Assembly: GCA_964016885.1 (NCBI GenBank)
Contig: OZ024740.1
Location: 197,656,001 to 197,720,000 of the forward strand
Direction of reading: 5' to 3'
Source: Eledone cirrhosa
Lineage: Eukaryota
DNA: 64,000 nt
Positions within the stretch are counted from its first letter, which is position 1. The number at the start of each line of letters is the position of its first letter. The notes beneath the pieces were generated by a model that saw nothing but the letters and a program-made list of their open reading frames with translations, was not told the DNA's origin and did not search any database. Position numbers and translations under genes: made by a program. Positions 56,119 to 64,000 of this stretch are shown piece after piece.

Positions 56119-58446
56119 CAGGTCACCAGTTGGTGCTACTGGTAACATGTATCCCAGTACAACCTGTCTCATGGTCGGGTCGTTGGCGACTAAACTGGCA
56201 ACCCCACCAAGGTTTCTTGGTGAGGAGGGTGACTTTGGACATCCTGCAGGACAAAAAAAAGAACCTGTCAAAGGCCAAAGGAGCTCTTAAGAGTCAATGG
56301 CCATCCCAAATCACCAGGAGAGATGACCCCTTAGCCTTTGTCAAGGCAGAATTCTAGGAGAAGGAAAACTCTGATGTAACACCTGCAACCTTGATGGTAT
56401 CCAATGATGTTGACTTGTTCTTCTTTTTGGTAAATATCATCTTGGTTAAGAGAGTGGGACTGGCTTTGTGCAGTGCCTTTGCTCACTATAAAAGCTTCAC
56501 GGCACAGGCATTGCTTTATATCTGGAGATCTCTCTACACTTGTCGTCATATGGTAACATGAGCCCAGCACTATGTGTCAATAATTGTCACAAGTGTAGTG
56601 TTTGTACCAGAGTTTTCAAGTCGCTGGCTGGACTAAAACGTCACACTCGTTCAGCGTATCGGTAGGGGTTCTCTTACATGGATATAAAGTAGTGGCCGTA
56701 CTCGAAAACGAGTTGGCAGCCACCATGTATGTATGTATGTATGTATGTATGTATGTATGTATGTATGTATGTATGTATGTATGTATGTATGTATGTATGT
56801 ATGTATGTCAGGTCACCAATTGGTGCTACTGGTAACATGTATCCCAGTACAACATGTCTCATGGTCGGGTCGTTGGCGACTAAACTGGCAACCCCACCAA
56901 GGTTTCTTGGTGAGGAGGGTGACCCTTTAGCTTTTGTCAAGGCAGAATTCTAGAAGGAAAACTCTGATATAACACCTGCAACCCTGATGGTATCCAATGA
57001 TGTTGACTTGTTCTTTTTGGTAAATATTATCTTGGTTAAGAGAATGGGACTGGCTGTGTGCAGTGCCTTTGCTCACTATAAAAGCTTCACGGCACAGGCA
57101 TTGCTTTATATCTGGAGATCTCTCAACACTTGTCGTCACATGGTAACATGGGCCCAGCACTAAGTGTCAATATTTGTCACAAGTGTAGTGTTTGTACCAG
57201 AGTTTTCAAGTCGCTGGCTGGACTAAAAAGTCACACTCGTTCAGTGCATCGGTAGGGGTTCTCCTACATGGATATAAAGTAGTGGCCGTACTCGAAAACG
57301 AGTTGGCAGCCACCATGTATGCATGCATGTATGTATGTATGTATGTATGTATGTATGTATGTATGTATGTATGTATGTATGTATGTATGTCAGGTCACCA
57401 CTTGGTGCTACTGGTAACATGTATCCCAGTACAACCTGTCTCATGGTCGGGTCGTTGGCGACTAAACTGGCAACCCCACCAAGGTTTCTTGGTGAGGAGG
57501 GTGACTTTGGACATCCTGCAGGACTAAAAACAAAACCTGTCAAAGGGCAAAGGAGCTCTTAAGAGTCAATGGCCATCCAAAATCACCGGGAGAGATGACC
57601 CCTTAGCCTTTGTCAAGGCAGAATTCTAGGAGAAGGAAAACTCTGATATAACACCTGCAACCTTGATGGTATCCAATGATGTTGACTTGTTCTTCTTTTT
57701 GGTAAATATCATCTTGGTTAAGAGAGTGGGACTGGCTTTGTGCAGTGCCTTTGCTCACTATAAAAGCTTCACGGCACAGGCATTGCTTTATATCTGGAGA
57801 TATCTCTGCACTTGTCGTCACATGGTACCAAAGGCAAAGCACTATGTGTCAATAATTGTCACAAGTGTAGTGTTTGTACCAGAGTTTTCAAGTCGCTGGC
57901 TGGACTAAAAAGTCACACTCGTTCAGCGCATCGGTAGGGGTTCTCCTACATGAATATAAAGTAGTGGCCGTACTCGAAAACGAGTTGGCAGCCACCATGT
58001 ATGTATGTATGCATGCATGTTTGTATGTATGTATGTATGTATGTATGTATGTATGTATGTATGTATGTATGTATGTATGTATGCATGCATGCATGTATGT
58101 ATGTATGTATGTATGTATGTATGTATGTATGTATGTATGTATGTATGTATGTATGTATGCATGCATGCATGTTTGTATGTATGTATATATATATGTAAGT
58201 ATGTATGTATGTATGTATGTATGTATGCACGTTTGTATGTATGTATGTATGTATGTATGTATGTATGTTTGTATGTATGTATGTATGCATGTATGTATGT
58301 ATGTATGTATGTATTCCGGGAGAGATGACCCCTTAGCCTTTGTCAAGGCAGAATTCTAGGAGAAGGAAAACTCTGATATAACACCTGCAACTCTGATGGT
58401 ATCCAATGATGTTGACTTGTTCTTCTTTTTGGTAAATATTATCTTG
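56119..58446 (+). mobile_element. tandem array of a ~0.6 kb non-autonomous RTE-derived element separated by (TATG)n
   Basis: Units 56119-56724, 56809-57314 (~95 bp internal deletion), 57391-57996 and partial 58316-58446. The 3' part encodes HKCSVCTRVFKSLAGLKSHTRSAHR* (C2H2) and ends in hairpin GTGGC-CGT-ACTCG-AAAA-CGAGT-TGGCA-GCCAC before (ATGT)n. Confidence 0.85.
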
Positions 58447-59079
58447 CTATATATAAAACAAAGTTATGCTTGAACAAATAATGAAATACATGGGGCGAAT
58501 GAACAAAAATTCCTCATCAGCCACACCTGGGCTATGCAATTTCTTACACAAGGGTGATAATGCATAATATTGAGCCTAGGTTGTATGGTGGCTTAGAGCA
58601 AGAGGCACCGGCCTCTTCTCATAACACGCCACTCTCAATTAGAATATTAAATTTACCTTGACAGCGACTGGGTCTTCATTTCAGCTGGAACAGTCGTAAT
58701 TTGACTAAGTAACGGCCGGTCTCCGACAGATTTCCTCTCGAACACACAGTGGTGGACACATCTGGCGTTTTGGGTCCTGTTTACTGCAATCGCAATAAAG
58801 ATGTCCATTCGCAAGAAGAAGCCTCACGAGGTCTATTGGCTCTTTTCATTGCCCCTTCTTCACAATTGTTTGGATTAACGCATTTTATTCGCCGGTTTAT
58901 GAAGCAGCAGACAGCTGTAAATGAAAGGTTTACTACTGTTTACTCTACTCTACAGCAAGGAGGACACAGCAGTAAATTTACTCATGTGAATTGAAGTTAT
59001 TTCCCTTTTATTATCGTCTATTATTTTGTGGCGTTAGTATTTGTGTTATAATGCGTTTGAGATAATCTCAACCGAGACG

Positions 59080-59159
<80 letters not shown>

Positions 59160-60521
59160 TTATACATATGCGCTGTAAAATCCATATATTAAATAAACTT
59201 ATATTTAGTCTTGCTGTGAAAATAGGCTCCGTGGTTAAACCAAACAGGTTTCGGCAACTTGAAATCACGATTTTAATATTTCATTCCAGAAGAATCAAAG
59301 AATGTTTTCTAAGCAGCAGACGTTAAGAAACGTAGAAAAACTTATGGATTATGTAAATGAGAATGTGAGTAGCACAACTTCATTTACATAATGGTAAAAT
59401 GTTGACACTGAGGCATTATCAACTCATATACCATCACACCCTGTGGTTATAAATACATATGTAAATAAAGTTATTTACATAAGTTTATTAAAATATATAT
59501 ATAGTCTAAAATGTTCGAAGATAGATCTACGCGATGCATAATGAATATTTAATAAAAGACGAAACCAGTCGTCTCTGCCTTCATTCCAAGCTACAGAAAG
59601 TCCTGTGGTCTAGCCATGCAAATAAATTTTCGAGCGAATTAAATCCATATGTTTATTTAATATATGGATATGACCTTCGTGACATGTATTCACAACAAAC
59701 GCTGTGTTGTGAATACTTATATATAAAACACAGTTATCATAGGATTGAAGTGAAATGTTTCTTGCATTGTTTTATGTATACAAATCTTAGTTTCAAATTA
59801 AATTGTTATGGGTATTGAAACTGTTTCTCATCATTTCTATTGTCCATAAGAAAGCTGCAAAAGAGCGGGTGCAGGAATACGATTTTCCTTTAAAATATTC
59901 TTTCAACATTGTTCGTATATACGAATTAAATATAAATCTGGTGATATCCCGACTCTATTAGGGGTTATACTTCAGATCTTTTAAAGCAGTTGCTAATCAG
60001 AATTACCATTTTGGAACTTTTATTCACGGAGTTCACTAAATATCAATAGAAAAGTAGAAGTTTATTTTAAAAACACATTATTACGATATCCATAACATTT
60101 TACACTTTATATCCTAAAATAAAAGCGGCACGTTTTTAGAACATCAGACAGAATACCTCGTAATATTCTTTCGTCTCTGGGCACAAATTACACCGAAGTT
60201 AAGTTAGCTTTTTTTTTTAAAATCTTTTTGAGGTCGATAAATGAAGCACCAGTCCAATACTGTGATCATTTCATTCTCAATAACTTTCAAGGCATTTGTA
60301 AATGGGTAATATGAAAACTATGTTATTTGCTTTTATTTAAACACTATTAGTTTTTTTTTTTGCAAGCCAACTTAACATTTAAGTTGTTTCAAATATATTT
60401 TATAAGACCATCTGTCTTTATATCCTTGGGCCCTTAACTTCTGATGGAGTCGTAGGGATACCGTCATGACATTTTAAACCTGGTATAGCTTTCCCTCCCC
60501 AGGTTTGAATATATCTTTCTT

Positions 60522-60593
<72 letters not shown>

Positions 60594-60719
60594 ATCAACT
60601 AACAACACAGGAAAAGCAGATGTAATTTTGGGCAACACATTACGCACATATAAGAACATCTCCCATTAAGACAGTGCTAGAAGAACATCGAACAACATTA
60701 TGATCACAGCCACTATAAA

Positions 60720-61035
60720 AGCGGATTAAGAAACCGCTTTACAATCATGAGGTTCCGAGTTCGATTCCGCTGCGAGGCATCATGGCCAGGTGTGTTTATC
60801 GTAGCACCGGGTCGACCAAATTAAAATAGGTAAAGCGGAAACAGTACATATAACGTTGGTTGGACTGTAATTGCAATTCAAAGGTCCAGCTTTCTCACAT
60901 ACTGTATCACACTGATTCAGATTGTCAATTATGTTAAGTCTACACGTGTCTGTGGAATACAATAATTCATGAGTTGGACGTTTAGTAGGTCGAACAACTG
61001 AATATCTCATCGTAGAAACCGACGGAGGACTCACC
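60720..61035 (+). mobile_element. tRNA-derived SINE, decayed
   Basis: GAGGTTCCGAGTTCGATTCC B box; body TTCAAAGGTCCAGC..CACGTGTCTGTGGAATAC as in the 44815 family. Confidence 0.6.
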
Positions 61036-61611
61036 CATCTCCATGCATCTACTCCTGGCCTTACATTTCAATCAAACCATCCTTTATTGACAAATCTTGT
61101 AAGCGGATTGAATTCACGAATCAACTAAAAAAATAGTATAGCGAAAAACAAAACAAAACTCTATTTTTCTTATCACACCATTTCCATATTCCAACCTAAA
61201 TAAATATTACAATGCTTTGAATAAGTGCAGCTTTTAAGTGTACACCAATCATTCAATGATTGTTGATTCCAAACAATATATTAGATAATTTATATCTATT
61301 TTATACATCTTTCAGTAATATATTTATTTATTTATTAATATTTCTGCCACGATAGCAAATGTATATGACATATAAACAAATATACACAAATCTTTTGATT
61401 TGTAAATTATATTTTCTATATTTATGAATATTTATCATATATTTACTTCAGTATATTTAGAGATTTTCTAACTTTAATGTTTCATTTCATTAAGATGTTT
61501 CCTATTCGCCTTTCACAAAATAGATTGTAATCTCAACAAATATTGTACACGGAATATACTGTCTAGTTTTTAGGAAATGTGTATAATTTGATTTACATCA
61601 ATCTATCAAAT

Positions 61612-61733
<122 letters not shown>

Positions 61734-61832
61734 CTGTATATATATAGTTCAAGGAGACAACAAACAGAGGTACAGTCTTATTAGTTTCACACTTTATATT
61801 GGAAAGAGGAAAGTATATATACACACTCACAC

Positions 61833-61865
<33 letters not shown>

Positions 61866-61887
61866 CACATATATATATATATATAAT

Positions 61888-61963
<76 letters not shown>

Positions 61964-62139
61964 ATACACACACACACACACACACATATACAAAATTTAT
62001 GAAAGACAAGTATAAGAAATTATTATTCATTCATACATCTCTACGAACGTTTCAACGCGGCTAGAATATCGCATCTATTTACGGAGCAACTGGAGATTAC
62101 CAGTTAACAATTATTTCCATTATGTGTGTTTATATATAG

Positions 62140-62293
62140 AGAGAGAAAGAGCCAGATATCGTATAAGAAACACGGTATATTGTATATATACCAAATACAT
62201 ATTCTATAGAAGAATATGTACATAATTCCACCTGTGTACATATTCTTCTATAGAATATGTATTTGGTTTATATACAATATGGCTCTTTCTCTC
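62140..62293. repeat. foldback inverted repeat
   Basis: ACCAAATACATATTCTATAGAAGAATATGTACA..TGTACATATTCTTCTATAGAATATGTATTTGGT, with outer GAGAGAAAGAGCC/GGCTCTTTCTCTC. Confidence 0.85.
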
Positions 62294-62419
62294 TTTATGT
62301 ATATATATGTCTTTTTCATTTGGTCATTATGGGTCTAGATAAAGTCTATTGAGCTTGCTTTTTGAGAAACACAAAATCTTAAGCATATTTAATACACCTT
62401 GATTCATTATTTGTAAATA

Positions 62420-62696
62420 TATCTATCTATCTAGGGCGGGTAAAATTCCCGAGATCCATGGACGAGTTCTCTCCAGCGGTCTCTGTCCCTCATTATCGTG
62501 GCCATGTCCTGCGTCCCCAATAGACCAGTGTCTGTCCTTAGGGCATCAACATACGTCAGCTCAAAAGTGACACAGAGGAGACTGAAGTTAGCTGGACATG
62601 CTCACCGACATTCAGAGTAGACATTGCACTCAGTGCTCCTGTGGGAGCCCCTACATGGACACACTGGAAGAGGAAGACCAAGGTTAACGTATGTTG

Positions 62697-62698
<2 letters not shown>
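62420..62698 (-). mobile_element. RTE-X LINE 3' end with 5' inversion
   Basis: Plus 62562-62698: KVTQRRLKLAGHAHRH..LLWEPLHGHTGRGRPRLTYVD. Minus 62560-62431: LTYVDALRTDTGL..MRDRDRWRELV..* then a (TAGA)n tail. Confidence 0.8.
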
Positions 62699-62719
<21 letters not shown>

Positions 62720-62728
<9 letters not shown>

Positions 62729-64000
62729 AGATCAAAAGATGGTTAAAGGAGTTCCATGTATTTTATTATGCGCATTTCAAAAACAAACATCATCATGCAA
62801 TAATATTTGTGTTTTCATCAGATAAAACAGGAGAACATGATATGAAGGCTAAAAAACACTTGTGGATAGTGCAGTTTTAAATCAACATATGAAAAGTGGT
62901 TTTAGATTGATGTGTGATATTGGGAAAAATATTTTATTTAGAGAGGGGGGGTGGAAAGGATGAAAAAGGGGAGGAGATGAGAGTGAAGGTGGAGAGGGAG
63001 AGATGGGTGATAGAGAGAAAGAGATAGTTTTTATAACTGAGAGAAGATATATTGTTTTACATAGAGAGTTTGAAAGCCGTTGGAAGATAATGTATAAATT
63101 AAAAGAATTTGAAAATTAACGAAGGGAAAAATATGTACGAGGAAAAAATATTTTATTTAGGGAGGGGGGTGGAAAGGATGAAAAAAGGGGAGGAGATGAG
63201 AGTGAAGGTGGAGAGGGAGAGATGGGTGATAGAGAGAAAGAGATAGTTTTTATAACTGAGAAAAGATATATTGTTTTACATAGAGAGGTTGAGAACCGTT
63301 GGAAGATAATGTATGAATTAAAAGAATTTGAAAATTAAAGAAGGGAAAAGTATGTACGAGGAAAGATAGGGAGTTTATGTATGAAGATAGAGAGAAAAAA
63401 AAAATAATTGCGGATGAATATTCTAACGTCAAAAAGGTGTATGTTGATAAGTATTGTGGCAATTTCAAAATTAACGAAGAGAAAAAAATTATTAAGGTTT
63501 GTGTGTAGAAGGATTTGAGAAAAATAATGTGAAGTTAAAGTTTGTATATTGAAGGAATTGATAATATGTGCGAAGAAAGAGTTAATATGTATTAAAAAAT
63601 TATTAAGGTTTGTGTATTAGATGATTTGAGAAAAATAATGTGAAGTTAAGGTTTGTATATTGAAGGAGTTGATAATATGTGCGAAGAAAGAGTTAATATG
63701 TATTAAGAATGAGTTCGTTGATGGGGAGAAAAAAATAAATAAATTAAGGATGAAATTGAGATTAAAGAGTTTTATGATAGAGAGAAAAAATAATAATAAT
63801 TGCGGATGAATATTCTAACGTCAAAAAAAACAAATGTATATGTTATGAAGGATTTTACAAGGTGAAGATAAAATGAGGGTAATGAGTAAACAAGTATTAT
63901 AGAGTGTATAATGCCCTTTGAAGTAAGGTAGGAAGATGGGTATATTTTAAAGAGGTGTATGTATATGTGCCTTTGAGAAAAGATTCTAAATTGATAAAGA
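62720..64000 (-). mobile_element. PLE pLTR/3' region with hammerhead (62763-62825) and internal tandem duplications
   Basis: 62720-62885 is a reverse-complement match to 43280-43445; ~220 bp duplication (62930/63150) and ~112 bp duplication (63488/63600); strongly strand-skewed. No ORF inside the window. Confidence 0.6.

Noticed and set aside
56119-58446. CRISPR-like array or host C2H2 zinc-finger gene cluster
   Set aside because: Units are ~600 bp with microsatellite spacers; the single finger lacks TGEKP linkers and sits before an RTE-type 3' stem-loop.
58480-58995. Coding-like unique segment
   Set aside because: No recognisable motif or sustained frame on either strand; left unannotated.

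Overview
AT-rich, microsatellite-saturated eukaryotic non-coding DNA. The SINE and simple-repeat make-up resembles a cephalopod (octopus-like) genome, which is inference. No intact host gene is supportable, and almost all long ORFs in the track are simple-repeat artefacts. The recognisable content is mobile DNA: a HERO-type LINE 3' fragment, an R4/Dong-type RT-RLE LINE sitting in (TATG)n, an internally deleted mariner, two back-to-back Helitrons with decayed RepHel genes, two Neptune-type and one Naiad-type Penelope-like elements (PLEs) with inverted pLTRs, RTE/RTE-X fragments, tRNA-SINEs and MITE/foldback hairpins. Two things stand out. (1) About a dozen minimal type-I hammerhead-ribozyme motifs from several unrelated short families, most abutting (TA)n tracts, with canonical (CUGANGA), compensated (UUGANAA) and apparently novel cores (AUGAUGUA, CCGUCAA). 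(2) A head-to-tail array of a ~0.6 kb bipartite non-autonomous RTE-derived element separated by (TATG)n, with a structured leader, a C2H2 finger remnant and a 3' stem-loop. All family assignments come from motif recognition by eye, not from database searches.
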